DNA of 64,000 bases from Camelus ferus (taxonomy: Eukaryota): NCBI RefSeq assembly GCF_009834535.1, contig NC_045697.1, forward strand, positions 70,248,001-70,312,000, written 5' to 3'. Position numbers and translations under genes: made by a program. The notes under the pieces are model-generated. The model made no database searches. It saw nothing but the letters and a program-made list of their open reading frames with translations, and was not told the origin of the DNA. Position 1 is the stretch's first letter; every line of letters begins with the position of its first letter. This document shows, in pieces, positions 48,660 to 62,244 of the stretch.

Positions 48660-48965
48660 TTTTAACCAAAGGGTGTAAGCATCAGTGGTCAGCACAGACA
48701 AGATCCAGGAAATTTCCTTACAAGAGACAAGACTCTTCTTCTCCATTTCTTCTTCTGGTTGACTGGAATGAAGCCAAAGTTGGAAAGCCATTTTGGATAA
48801 TGAAATGAACATATGAAGGAATAATCCAATAGAAGAAGCAAGAGTCTTTGATACTCGGAAATATCAAGCCTGCCCTGGGTCTCTTTTAACTTTTACATCT
48901 ATTTTGAGCTACTTTTATTTTGGAGTGTTGTCACTTGCAGCTGAACTAAATCTTAACCTAAGTCA
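48660..48965 (+). mobile_element. MaLR (MLT1-like) LTR fragment
   Basis: Terminal gtcacttgcagctgaactaaatcttaac typical of MLT1 3' ends. Confidence 0.5.
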
Positions 48966-49564
48966 ATACCCTAAATCTTGGGGAAAGGTAGTGGACTTTA
49001 CCATGAGGCACTGAGAAACCAATTGATATTTCTGAGAAGGGGATAATACAATGTTCCTCAATTTTAGCATGGGGAACTAATCTAGCATGGGGTACAAGGG
49101 AAGTCACAAAAGGGAAAATTTTTGTTAGAAGGCTCGTAAAGATGATGTATGTCACCTATGTACAAAGCCTAAAACCAGTGTAATACTGAAACCAAGACAA
49201 GGATGTAAAACATCTTGAAGGGAGAATCAGATTTAGTAACTGGTTTTGACAATTAGGAAGTGGACATGGATAAATGAGAGAGGGAATAAAAGAAGATAGT
49301 CAGGTGTTTTAGATTGGTGGTCCAGTACATGAAGTAGCATCTGTCGAAGTGGGGATGCCAAGAGGGTAGACGTGGATGGGCAAAGAAAAGGAAGAGCAAA
49401 AGTCGGGAAGGTTACGAAATATTTAAATTGACATTCAGGGAATTCAAGTGGAATTTTCTATTAAGTGTGTTGGCAATAAAGACAGGAGCTTGTAAAAGAA
49501 AAACTTTCAAAAATATATGCCAAGAAGTATTCTTAACAAAAACATTAGGTGATGATGGCAGAAC

Positions 49565-49874
49565 TGTTGAAAGATAAACTGAGACGTATTAAAAAGCTTA
49601 AGAGTTTATTTGAACAAAACTCGATTGGAATCGAGCAGTGCCAAGCTAAAAGTGATTCGGAGCGCTCCACCAGCAGGAGCTGCGGTGGGAAAGACTTCTG
49701 TAGAGAAGGTGTGGGAGCAAAGAAAGGAAAGGATTTGATTGCTGCAGCATAAAGCAGTCGGTTGCCTTTAGGTACGATTTCATAACCCTGAGGCATTTAC
49801 AGGCTTAGATTCTAGACCGCCATAGCGTAAGAGCCACCTCAGTCTAATTTCCTTCTTGTTTAGTTAATTTGATG
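49565..49874 (-). mobile_element. ERV1-like solo LTR
   Basis: Starts tgttgaaagataaactgag...agagtttatttgaacaaa (reverse of an LTR U5 with AATAAA at 49605-49610); retains several CpGs. Confidence 0.55.
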
Positions 49875-52439
49875 CCACAGATGACAGTACCAAGGAAAAA
49901 AAGGAAATAGAATTGAAAGCTGAAGAGCAGCCAAAGATCCAGAGAAGCAAAGTGTTGTTTCTCACTAGACATGACTCCATAGGATAACAGAAAACGCCAG
50001 TAGTTACAACGTCTAACAAGATGGTGTTCGTCACATATATACTGCCTGCTCTGGGTGATTAACAATCGGTGTTTGATCTTTATTTCTCTCTTCTGTTTAC
50101 CAAAGATGATAATGTCATAAATTCGAAGACTAAATCGGGTTTTATCAAAACTCTTGGTTGTCAAGTAAATCTTTTATGCCCAATGTTATAAGGCAATGAG
50201 AAGGATCATTGGCTAAGTTCTGTAAGTTTGAAATTTCACACAGTGATCTTAGTACCAGAGAGAATCCAAATGCCACTTCATCCTGAGGAGGAAAGGGAAT
50301 GCCACACACCCTCACAAAATAGACAAGGATCTAAAAACATGCAATTTATACTTTTTATAAAATTTTGAACAATGCATACTTCACACCACTCCACAGACCC
50401 AGGGTAAAACCAGTATAAAAGGTGTGGCCATCATACCTATTATTAAAACCTTGTACAGATAGAAGTGACTCCCCAGTCCTCTCAGTTGGGTGGATGTGGC
50501 TCAGAGCAGAATCTAAAGGCTTTTCCGCATCCTTAGACTTTCCCAACTTCATTTTTTGTGTGGTGTGTGTAGGAGTGTGGGTGGTTGTTTGGAATTATTT
50601 GTTAAAACAGAGCAACCTAGGGAAAGTTAAATAATAGAGCTAACAATCTTTCTGAGAGTCATCTTGTTAACTATTAAAACTGCTTTAAGGTGTTTTTTCC
50701 AGTTTGTTACAGAATTACTCTCATGGACATTTCATACTGTCTGGGTCCAGGCAGAGAATGAAAGAGCAGTGCTTTTGCTCGTAGAAGTAGATAACGTTAT
50801 CAGACCATGATTAATGAGTCACTAGGTTTAGGATATTTGAGACATGGTATTAAGCAAGATCAACCGCTCAAAATACTTCCTAATGATTCTGTACATTTAC
50901 AAGGAATTTTATGAGTTTTCAGTGGAATTTGACCTAGAGGCCGATTTCAACCTAAAAATGTCTGCAGTAGACATGCTTATCTTCATTTTAAAAGATGAAG
51001 AAATAGACTTAGGGGATATTCAGGGATAAAAGTACCAGATGGAAGTTCTCTGTGCTCTTTCTATAGCTTTGTACTTCTGAGTAAAAAGCTTCTGGGGAGA
51101 GGATTTAATTAGTGCCTATAACCATGCATACCTGTGATCTTCTCTGTCTTAAACGAAACTCATACACTCTCTAACTGAACAACTTTAAGACATCAGTGTT
51201 ATTATTCTAGATGAATACTGTTTTCATTGTCTTCTCGTGTCCTGATGTTTCGTGAAATAGTCATTAATTTCTTCAATAAGCCTTCTCTCCTGCTCAGATT
51301 CTTAGCAGGAAACAGCCTGAGACACTCTTCCTCCATTAATAGATTAGTCCAACAACTCTAGGCAAGAGCTGGCCAGGTCATTTATCATATTTCACCACAG
51401 GATATGGAAATTTACATGCTGGCTCTTTGTTTAGATTTTTATCTCCTGTTTTAAAGTGAAAACAGTATACTCATCTTAATTGTCAAAAATGAAACAAGTC
51501 ACTTTTTCTCCAAACTAAGCTGACCATTCAGGAATTTTACAAAAATCTATAAGGAAAGAGGAGTGTGTTACTGTATATTATTAAAATGTAAAACCTGTTT
51601 CACATCATCGATTTTGTAGCATAGTATAATGGCACTAATTTTACAGAGAGGACTTCTTTAATCAATATTATGAATTACAGAGCACTTGAAGATAAATACA
51701 CATATGACATACATAAAAATAAACAGATAACAAATTTACAATACTTTTACACATAGATATGTATAACACTCCAAGTGACCAGTAAACAGTTTTGCCAAAA
51801 ACAAAAACTAGTAGATTTGCTTTAATAAAATAATATTTAAGAGTATTAATTATTTGTAAATGTATCAAAGCTCAAGAACTTTTAAAATATATGTTTGAAA
51901 ATTTCTATATTCTGTGTTCTCTATTAAGTTGGTTTACAAACATTTTTTACAGATGATTTAAACTGTAGTTCAACTTCCAATGACATATTGAAAATTCCCA
52001 AAGAAAATGATCTGAAATATTGAGGCTCTACTCTTGGTTGCCTGTGGCAATCTGATTGCCTCAAAGGCTAGGGGGCATGACTTGAAATTCCATTTACAAA
52101 GCATCACATTTTTATTCAGACTGCATATTTTGGAGGTAGCCAAAGCTCCCAAGCCACTCATAGGTGCTGAAACTTTGCCTTGAATGTTCATGTGAAAATA
52201 CAAACATTTATAAGATTGTACCTGTCATAGGCTCCCTCATTCCATTTACTTCACACATGTCCAAAGGCTATTTTGCAAAAAGGACACAGTACCTTTTCAC
52301 TAACATGATCTTTATATGGGTTATAGATTTATGTATAAACATTGGAGCAAATCTATTGAACAATATGAAGTAGATAACAGAGCCCTGAATGACCAAGACT
52401 CACTTATTGTTCACCAAACGCATTTTTATTTCCTGAGTG

Positions 52440-52745
52440 TTCCACCAGAACTCCTGATCCCTTGCAGGGAGGGGTAGCCATGTGATGGGTTCTCATCAAA
52501 GTGTGTGGAAGTGGCTTGTGTCATTTCTACACTTTTAAAAAGTGTGTCTTCTCCACCCTCTTTTTCTCTATTTGAGAGTTGTATGCAAGGGAGGAGATTC
52601 CAAAATAAGGAGGTTAGAGCTTCATGATCAGTCACACAAAAGCCACCCACCAACCAGGAACCCCAGACCAGCACTTTTATTGTATTAAGTCACCACAAAT
52701 TTGTAGTTTGTTTGTTACAGCAGTTAGGCTTCCCTAACTAATACA
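52440..52745 (+). mobile_element. MaLR (MLT1-like) LTR fragment
   Basis: gtattaagtcaccacaaatttgtagtttgtttgttacagcag...ctaactaataca terminus. Confidence 0.6.
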
Positions 52746-52879
52746 CCTGGTTTATAGAACAAAACAATCACTGTAGAGGTGTTTTGGAGAGACACATATC
52801 AGTGTAATCTGTTATTATTGGGATGCTGGTTTCATTTGTTAAAACTACACAGTAGAAGGAGAAGTTTTGGCAAACATGC

Positions 52880-55110
52880 CATACTGAAGAATGCTTGTTT
52901 TCATTATTTCCTACTTTGAAAAAGAATGTGCTTTGCAAAAATATAAAGTAACTCGTGCACAGGAAGAGATTGGAAATAACCCAAATGATCATTAATAGAG
53001 AACTTAGTAATAAACTATGGTGCAGCAACATAATGAAGTAAGATGGAGCTGTGAAAGTGAATGATATTTATACCTTGATATACAGTGATCTTCAGAATAT
53101 ATTATTAAATGAAGGAAATAAAGTACAGAATAGGGTATCTAGTACGTTATGTTTTGTATAAGTTGCATATTTGCTTATATTTGCAGAAAGAAACAATAGT
53201 GGATTGATAAACCAAAAATTAATAAAAATTATTACAGTAAGAAGGAAGGTAGAGTAGACAGAGATGGAAGCAAAACTTCTTGTTTTACAGTTTTTACTTT
53301 GGTATGTTGTAAATGCTTTTATGTAATTAAAACATTTAATGAGAAATCTGTAAATATTGAAAGCAAGCCGAACTAAAAAACCTAACTGGCTATTAAGTTG
53401 ATGCCACATTCTAACAGAGAAAAGAAATTATTACAAGTAAACTCAGAAACAGTATTAGTCTCAGTCTTCAGTGGGATGAACTATAAAGACATGAAAAACT
53501 ACCAAGAAGTCTTACACTTCATTTAATAGTCAATGTTGAGAATAATATCAGTATTATTATTCTTAAAATTATTATATGTGTATTATTGGATAAAGCAAAT
53601 TATTAAGTATGTTAATTTCCTTAATTATCAATAATTTAGCATAAGGAAAAAGATATGAATATAAAATCAAGAAATTTAAGACCCTGTGACCTGATATTTA
53701 AGAGAAGTATCAGTGAGAACATACAAATTTCCTCCTCCTCTTAAAAAACGTGTATCTTAGCCCCCAGAGAAAAGCCTTAGAAGCAATGACAAGCCACCAG
53801 CGGTAAACAGTCCTCGTGGTGAGATCCTGGTCTCTAAATATCATTTCCTACTAAAAGGAATCTTTGAAGAAATGACTTTCTTCAGGGCTGAGGCAGAAAC
53901 TATACAGTCTTTCAGAAAGGACACGTAAAAAGTTTAAAGAATCTCCCACTGGCCAAAATGGGATTATTTGAACATGGAAATGACTATAAGTTTAAGTCCA
54001 ATGCATTGAACTTAGAAAAAGCAATGAGTTCAAACTGAAGAGAAAAGAAAGGAGGAAAGAGGACAGTGAGAGGAGAGAGGGAGGGCGAAAGGAAAGGGTA
54101 GGAGGAGGGAAGGAGAGAGAAATAGAGAGGAAAGAAAATCTTTTGGATGCCGTTGCAAGTGTCCGCAGCGCCAACTCGTCACTCTAAAGGTTGATAACCA
54201 AAGGGGCAGAAGTGAACATTTATTCTGTCTCTCTGCAACGAATTATATTTCAATTTATACTGAAGTAATTGATGGGGAAAAATTCTTCTAAACAAAAGGA
54301 TTCTGGCTAATAAATACAGAAGAAATAATAGAATTAGGAAAAAATCCCATTTTGCAACTTTCACATGAATCACATAAAGGTCATAAATCTAGGGCAAAAC
54401 CATTTTCTTTATAGTATGTTCCCTAGAAGATTGAGAATAATATTTCTAAGTTTACCTGGAATAATCTTTTTAAAAGAATATTTCATAGATGGGGCTGTGT
54501 AGTTCATTTCCTATCTATTCAACTCTTTAGAACTAACTTCTTGGCCCCTGGAAATCAAACGACACCAGACAGATAATGTAAGGGAGCATTATTAGCCACA
54601 TTTAGAATGTGGGAAAATGACCTGGTTTCCCCAATAAGGAAATAGCATTGAGAAGCAAGGAAAGGGGAGAGAGAAGGAGAGAGAACACTGCTCTAGATTA
54701 AGAGATTTTAAAAAAGAATTAAGAGACAGTACAACCCGATAATGTGTGTGTACCTTGTTTGGAAGCTGCGATTTTTGTCCACAGTTTTGTTTTTTTTTTT
54801 TAATTTGGATAACTGGGGAAATTTGAATGTGAACTTAGCATTAGATAATATTGAGGAATTATTGTTAATGTTATTAGATAAAATAATGGCATTTAGTTAT
54901 GCAAAGACATGTCCCTTATTTTATTATTTTTAAAGACGTACACTAAAATATTTAGAGGAAAGATGAAAGAATTTCTGGAATTTCCTTTAAAATGTTCCAG
55001 CCAAAATAAGAATTTTTTTTAAGGCAGGAGAGATAACCAGTATGGCAAAACATTGTTGAAATTGGGTATTTACATTTTGAAAATTCTGGTTAAAGTTCAA
55101 TAAAAAAATT
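52880..55110 (+). mobile_element. Old L1M 3' region fragments with internal purine-rich low-complexity tract (~54035-54137)
   Basis: ggaaataacccaaatgatcattaatag..., atctcccactggccaaaatggg, ggggaaatttgaatgtgaac. Confidence 0.5.
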
Positions 55111-56862
55111 TTAATGGTGATGAAACTGCTACAGGTGGTATCTTCATGTAGGGGAGGAAAAAAATTGTAAATTTTGCTTTGTAGTCATGCAAAGTTTTAA
55201 GTCTAACACATTTGGCCTCAACATTGTTTGGGGCCAAAACTATGTTTTGCATCATGTTTTGTCCTTAAAATTTTTTTTTTAATAAAGGGCAACCCCAGTA
55301 TCTGATTTGAATGCACCAGGCTGGCTTCTCAGCCACTCTCTTTTTACCACGTAAAGGATACTTTATTGTTTGACATTGTGCTCAACTGCCTTTAATAGAC
55401 AAGTTTATCTATGTAAATGTTTTTGTTGTTAATTTTGTTTTGCTTTGGCTATCCTAAAATAACATGCAGGGAATTTGTACAAGCGTTCACAGCGTACCAA
55501 TGTGGACCACAAAAGATAAGGAGCAATGAGGCAATAGTGGAAAGAGGAGAAAAACTGAATTCAGATACTGTGAATTTGACATCGACACATCGCAGCTAAG
55601 AGACATCGATCAAATCAGCGTCTGTGACCACTACACTTCTCTTGGGCAAAATGGGAATGGTAAGACGGTTATTGTAAAGATTGCATGCGTTCTGTGAAGT
55701 ACTTTTTCAACTCTATTATTTTTAAGCATTATACCAAGAAAACATTATTAGCATGGAGAATGACTACTGGCAATATTTCATGTGACTATTTTTACTTTAC
55801 AAAGGTGAAAAACTATCTAAATGAATTTTAAAAAACAAAGCAAATAAATACATCAAAATTTTCCATTAAAAGATAGAGTAAAGAAATGATAATTTCATAA
55901 TGCAGAATATTACCTCAGTTTCACTGTTTTATGCCTTATCTTTAACATATCAAGTTTTGTGTTTGTGTGTTTTATTTCAGCACCTAACATAGTTCCACCT
56001 ATTGAAAAACTTACAGTATTTACTATCATACTGTGGAGCAATAGGCCACATTAACTGACTTAGCTTGTTTTCAGCAATTTATCATTTCAGTTTACAGTTA
56101 ATACTCAGTGTTGTTATGCCCTTGAACAGAGCTTTTCTCTAAATTGTCTAAGGCACTTAAACATCCTGCATTAATGAGAAGTTGCTTTACAATGTAATTG
56201 TGAATCATGAAAAGAGAATTGAAGAAAACTTAACCTTATCCCCTACCCTCTCTTCAGCAAAAGAAGCCACATGAAAGAACATGAATATTTCTTTAAAGTG
56301 ATTAATGACTTAAGGGCTACAAAGTTCTTTGAAACAAACAATTTTTTTTTCCTAATGAACAGCAATAAGAAACATATTTCATCTGACTCTACATTTTCTA
56401 TCAGTAGAAAGTTTAGATCAGCTCAGCAAACACAGGATTCCACACTGGCTTTTTACTTTGTGCCTGCTAAGCTTCATTTCACTACTATGATGTTACCACT
56501 TAAACTAGTATTCTGCCTCTCAAGATGAAATGACAGAGAAAACCTTATATTTCTGTGGATACTGTTAGCACTTTCAGTACTTTATCAACTGGCTCCTCTG
56601 TATTTCCTTACCTTCACTTTTCACTATTCTTGTCTTTCAATCCAGATTGATCTTTTCCCATTAAAAAGTTTATTTATTTATTTTTGAAAAGTTAAATTTT
56701 TACATGTTTCACCATTTAAGAGGTTGAAACAAAAGTATATGGTGAAAACTCTCTCTCCCACCCCGTCCCTCAGTTCCCCAGAAATATGTTTTCCCATATT
56801 TTCCTTGATCATCTGCTTTTGTTCATATTGCTTCCCTGAACCATCATCTCTAAAACTGATCC

Positions 56863-57644
56863 ACTTGTGGAGAAAAGGGAACCCTCCTATGCTGTTAATG
56901 GGAATGTAAATTGGTACAGCCACTATGGAGAACAGTATGGAGGTTCCTTAAAAGACTAAAAACAGAGTTGCCGTTGATCCAGCAGTCCCACTCCTGGGCA
57001 TATACCCGGAAAAGATGGAAACTCTATTTCAAAAAGATACATGCACCCTAAGGTTTATAGCATCACTATTTACAATAGCCAAGATGTGGAAGCAGCCTAA
57101 ATGCCCATCAACAGATGATTGGATAAAGAAGATGTGTAGTATTCCATTTTATATATAAAAAGAATGTAATGTAAAAAAGAATGAAATAATACCATTTGCA
57201 ATAATATGGAGAGACCTAGAGATTATCATAATAAGTGAAGTAAGTCAAACAAAGACAAGTATCATATGATGCATTTATATGTGTAATTTAAAAAAATGAT
57301 ACAAGTGAACTTATTTACAAAACAGACTCACAGACATAGAAAACAAACTTATGGTTACCAAAGGGGAAGGGGGTTGGGAGGGGAGGGATAAATAAGGAGT
57401 TTGGAATTAACAGATACATGCTACTATATATAAAATAGATAAACAACAAGGACCTACTGTATAACACAGAGAACTATATTGAATAGCTTATAATAATGTA
57501 CACTGGAAAAGAATCTGAAAAAGTATATATATAAAACTGAATCACTTTGCTGTATACACCTGAAATTAACAACACCATTGTAAATCAACTGCACTTCAAT
57601 TGAATAAATAAGTAAATAAGTAAGCAAGTAAATAAATAAATAAA
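56863..57644 (+). mobile_element. Relatively young cetartiodactyl-type L1 3' end with tail and target-site duplication
   Basis: ORF2 end (tgtggagaaaagggaaccctcc...), 3' UTR actgaatcactttgctgtatacacctgaaattaac...gtaaatcaactgcacttcaat, (TAAA)n tail; TSD taaaactgatcc 56851-56862 / taaaattgatcc 57645-57656. Confidence 0.9.
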
Positions 57645-57898
57645 TAAAATTGATCCCTTTTCCCCTTATTCTGCATAATTGAATAGGTTTGTAACTTACT
57701 TTCTTTAATATGTTTAAAGTGGCTAATGTTCCTAAATTATTTTCATATTTCCTGAACAGATTTTAGATTTCTTACAGATTTGTAGAATCCTTGAAAGCAA
57801 GAAATGAGTCCTATTCCTTTTGTTTTCCACATAGCAGGTGGTCTGGATTTAGGCAACTAATGGATGCCTAATACCTTCTCTATCCTCAAAAATGTTAC

Positions 57899-58076
57899 CC
57901 GGTGGTTCCCAAAATCTGCTGCTATTAGATCACCTGGGCAGATATGGTAACTCATAACACCCTGGCTTCACCCCATGCCAATTAAGTCAGAATCTCTGGG
58001 GGTTGGATCTAAGCACAAGCATGACTTAAAACTTGCCAAGTGACTCCAGTGTGCAGCTACGTTTAAGAATCAGTAA
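57899..58076. mobile_element. MER5A-like hAT-Charlie DNA transposon
   Basis: ccggtggttcccaaa...atcacctggg...cagaatctctggggg...ccaagtgactccagtgtgcagc...gtttaagaatcagt. Confidence 0.75.
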
Positions 58077-58079
58077 CCT

Positions 58080-58640
58080 AACCCACCTCTGCACCCTTCA
58101 TCTCAATCCACGACCTCATTTCATGAAAACCTGCTCTTCCTACTAATGCCAAAATGTGTCCCTTTCCCCCATCCGCACCCATCTGTCCTGCTTTTCTCTG
58201 GTTACAGGTAAGAAAGAGTTCCTCTTCCTCCCATAGGCCTCCCTCCAGCAGCCACATTTTCTTTGCTCCCCGCTGAAAACCTTCTTGTAAGACTTTACTA
58301 TGCAGATGATTGTCTCTTGTTTTCGCCTCCAAGTCTCTCTTCAACCCGCTTATAACTGAGTTTCTTTCCCATCAGGCCCCCAAAAATGCTCTTGTCCATG
58401 TTGTCATGTTGCCCAACCCAGGGGTCAGTTCTTTGCCTCTTTCTTACCTCTCAGGGACATGACCACTCTGCTCCAAACACGGTCTTTTCCTGATTTCCAG
58501 AATCTATGGGGTTGATCTTTTTCCTCTCCATCTGTCATTTTAATAGCCTCTTCACTACCTGACTGCAGGATGGCAGTTTCCCAGGGCTTTGTCCTAAGCC
58601 CTCTACTGTCTCCACACATTTCCATGTACAACTTGTGCAT
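58080..58640 (+). mobile_element. L2 internal fragment
   Basis: Pyrimidine-rich L2-like sequence (ccagggctttgtcctaagccctctactgtctcc). Confidence 0.5.
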
Positions 58641-61169
58641 AGAGATGATTTCAGATAGTAAATGATTTGGATAACATTTTATCTTAATAGATAAGTCTTT
58701 CTTTTCAGTGACATTAGAAAAGACTACAACCTACAAATTAAACTCACTTTAAGGCTGTAAATTGAAGGAGGGTGAGTTTAAATAGCAAAGTACATGGCAA
58801 ACTTCATAAAACACCCTTTACACATCTCTTTTCTTTCCCTAGATTTCTCCAGATTGCAGCTACCTTTGCTCTTTCCAAAAGCCTACATCAATTACTATGT
58901 CTCCTTTTTCTTTAATCTTCCCCTCAAGCATCCTTTCCATTCTTCCGCACTCATCTCCAGTAGAAACACATCTTATTGATGCTCTTCTGTACTCTGTATT
59001 GAAACTGTCTGTATTATTGAGAAGATGGGGTTCATGTGCCCTGGAAGTCTTCAAAATATAGAATATATACATTTCCAGGAAGCCATAGGAAATTTACTTG
59101 ATATAGAAGAGATACTCTGGGGAAGAAAGAGATGTGGCAATAAAACAATATAAACATATATTTCAATAATAAAGCTTGTCTCAAATATATTTTTATTATC
59201 TAAGAGTCTAGAATAATTCACATTTAAGAATGTTGGTATACTTTAGAGACAGGGAGTCTCAAAAATATCTGGGTCAAGATAAAAGCTGTCATCTTCATCA
59301 CCAATTTATTTAACTATTTAATGGGACAAAACTTTGTCAATATACAACTCTAATTATTAGATTCACATCCCTAAGGTTTTAATAGAATGGTTATAATATA
59401 ATAAGTCAACTATTTTCTAACAGTTCTGGGAGAATCTTTTAAATTCATAATAATGTCTGACATGATATATGCAATAATTCTATTAGTATCAATAGATTAG
59501 ATTTATTAGATTATAATAAAGCACTAAGAAGTATACTGTTTATGTAGGACAGGAAATAAAACAATACAGATGTCAGTATCTTGATGAGTAACCAATTTCT
59601 ATTATTATCCTATTATTGCATTTTCTTTTGCATCTTCAATGGGATTCTTTAGTATGGGGAGTCATCTCTTTTTAATATCACAAACTGTGACAGCTGATAA
59701 ACTCTAAATGAGGCAGGTAAATAAGATACAAATTCTCAGTTCCTTGTGAATGAAACAATACTTACTTCATACATTTATGTAATGACTGAATAAATCAAAC
59801 CCTAGCACTTTTGGGAATACATATACTATATTCCTGAACATAGATATGTTAAAAATTAAGCCAGCTTTGTTAAATAAAATATCTTTTGTCTCTCTGCATT
59901 GGAAAAATTATGATGACAAAAATTAAAAAAAATTTTGAATCGCTGTTATTTAACTCCAAGTTAGAATATGTGAAGGATGACTGATTTTAATTATGGTTGG
60001 CACGTCTGGCCTTTTGTTGATGGACCAGTGATTTTTAGTTAGTATAAATAAAGATATATGTAATTAATAAATCATTATTTATTTACTCCATAATAATTAT
60101 TCCTGCTCTCATTTTAGAAATGTCACTAATTATGTTATGATCAAGATTTTCATTTGATATATGTTGACAGTATGCCAAATTAGATATTTCTTGATTCATC
60201 AAAACATTTGAATAGTTTTCAAAATGAATTTTAATTGGGCAAAATTTTGCTGAGGCAGTAACATCTGAATTTTTAATATAGTTCTTAATGTAACACTTAG
60301 ATTTGGTAATGAATGATGAATTTTACTTCAAGTGTTGTCATTGGTTTGCATATGATAAATTATTGTTACCTTATAAGATTTTACAAATATTTAAAATTTC
60401 ATTGGCATCATCTTTATTGCAATTTGTGCTGTCTCTTACGGCAATGTGTAAATCTGTATAGTAGTATAAAGAATTGATAGTGCACTTGACTGGTGCCATA
60501 TTTAGACTTACATATTCAACTGTAATATGAATTACACAATATTGAAAATTATTCCTCAGCTACCATGTGCAATTGTGGTGATTATCATACTAGTTTATGA
60601 GCACATCTGAAGCCACAAATGGAACACACACAAGAAAGCAAAAAAGTGGACACTAAGAGTTACTGGGAAACCATATTTCATTACACAAGAAACTGTTTCA
60701 TTGCCCTGGTTTCAGAATTGCCTTGTAGATATGCGATGCTGTCAACAAGCAGCCCTATTTCTAAAAAAAGATGCATATTTCCAGGACATAAGAAGTCAAA
60801 TTTCTATGTGTTAGAGTTATATGATAGAGGAGAAACACAGATGTTTTTAAATGTTACCAATATTTGAGATAGTGAATTAAAAATACATATCTACATACCA
60901 GTAAGGTTTAAAGTTGCCATAAATTATTGATGCTAATTTGTAACTCTATTCAAAATCAGCTTAAATATGCATAATGGTGCTAAATTTCTAAGACTCAATA
61001 TAATACTCAACAGTCATTTTCAATATAAGTGAAATTCACAAATATTAGAGAGGCAAAATTTTGACTTAATGAAAGAGTGGTCTGTGGACTATTAAGAAAT
61101 AATTAATATTCAGGGAGTTGTGTATATTGACAACTGTGTGACAAAATCTGAATATAAGCAAGGTATGTA

Positions 61170-61598
61170 TTTTTTTAAATTTTTATTTTTATTTTATTGC
61201 ACTAAGAACTCTTAATAAGAAATTTACCCTTTTAACATATTTTAAGTGTGCAATACAATATTGTTAATTATAAGCATGATGTTGTACAACAGATGGCTAG
61301 AATTTATTCATCTTGCATAACTGAAACTTTATACCTGTTGATTAGCAACTCCTCATTTCCCCTGCCCCCTACCCTTGGCAATCAGTGCTCTGCATCTAGG
61401 AGTTTGCCCATTTTAGACACCTTATGTGAGTGAGATTGTGTAGTATTTGTCCTTCTGTGACTGGCTTATGTCACTCAGTGTCATGCGCTTCAGGGTCATG
61501 AATGTTGTTACAAGTGGCAGGACTTTCTTCATTTTTAAGGCTAAGTAATATTCCATTGCATGTATATACCACTTCTTTTTATTCATTCATCCATCCAT
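61170..61598 (-). mobile_element. L1MA-like 3' end
   Basis: T-rich tail then ...tagtatttgtccttctgtgactggcttat...aatattccattgcatgtatataccac. Confidence 0.8.
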
Positions 61599-61909
61599 GT
61601 ACAAGATAAGGATGACTTTAAATAAGCCACATGTTAATATGTGAGATATATGGTGATATATTTTTTTACAAACTTGTGAGATATATTTTATTGCTTTATT
61701 GATATCTACTCATATATTTACTTCTGGGATTTTATTTTTAATTAGAAGTTGAGATGAGAGAATTAATTTGGTTCTAAGAAACCTTAATCCCCTACCTTAT
61801 TTAATATACCTAGACCATTTTACTAATGGAACAAAATGCCTTCTGAATTTTTGATCAAAGAGCCACCAATTTATAGAGCAAAAATAGAGTCTGTTTCTGA
61901 ACAACCAAC

Positions 61910-62210
61910 TACATTCAGTCACAATGAATATCTCTTGAAAATTCATCATATATGAGCTACTGTTCTAGACAGTGGTTTACAACAGTGAACAAAAACAGAG
62001 TCTTGCGTTTAAGGAACTTACATTCTTGTAATGAGATGGAGTTGGGTAAGGACACAGATAGAGAACAAACAAGTAAACTATATCAAATGTCTGAGGGTAA
62101 GCACTATGAAGAAAACAGGTCTGGATGGGGGAATGTGGAGTGCTGGGCAGAGGCTGCAGTTTTAGAGGGATTGTCATGGAAGACCTCACTGAGAAGGTGA
62201 CTTTTGAGCC
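61910..62210 (-). mobile_element. L2a-like 3' end
   Basis: acagtgaacaaaaacagagtcttg...ggaagacctcactgagaaggtgacttttgagc. Confidence 0.65.
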
Positions 62211-62244
62211 ATGAACAGATAAGTATTAAAATACACACACATTT

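Noticed and set aside
27141..49095. Short direct duplications (cttcagtcttact x2 ~27141-27171; ccagctaaattg x2 ~47939-47968; tagcatgggg x2 ~49064-49092) as an array or CRISPR-like structure
   Set aside because: Isolated two-copy microduplications with unrelated units; ordinary slippage products in eukaryotic DNA.
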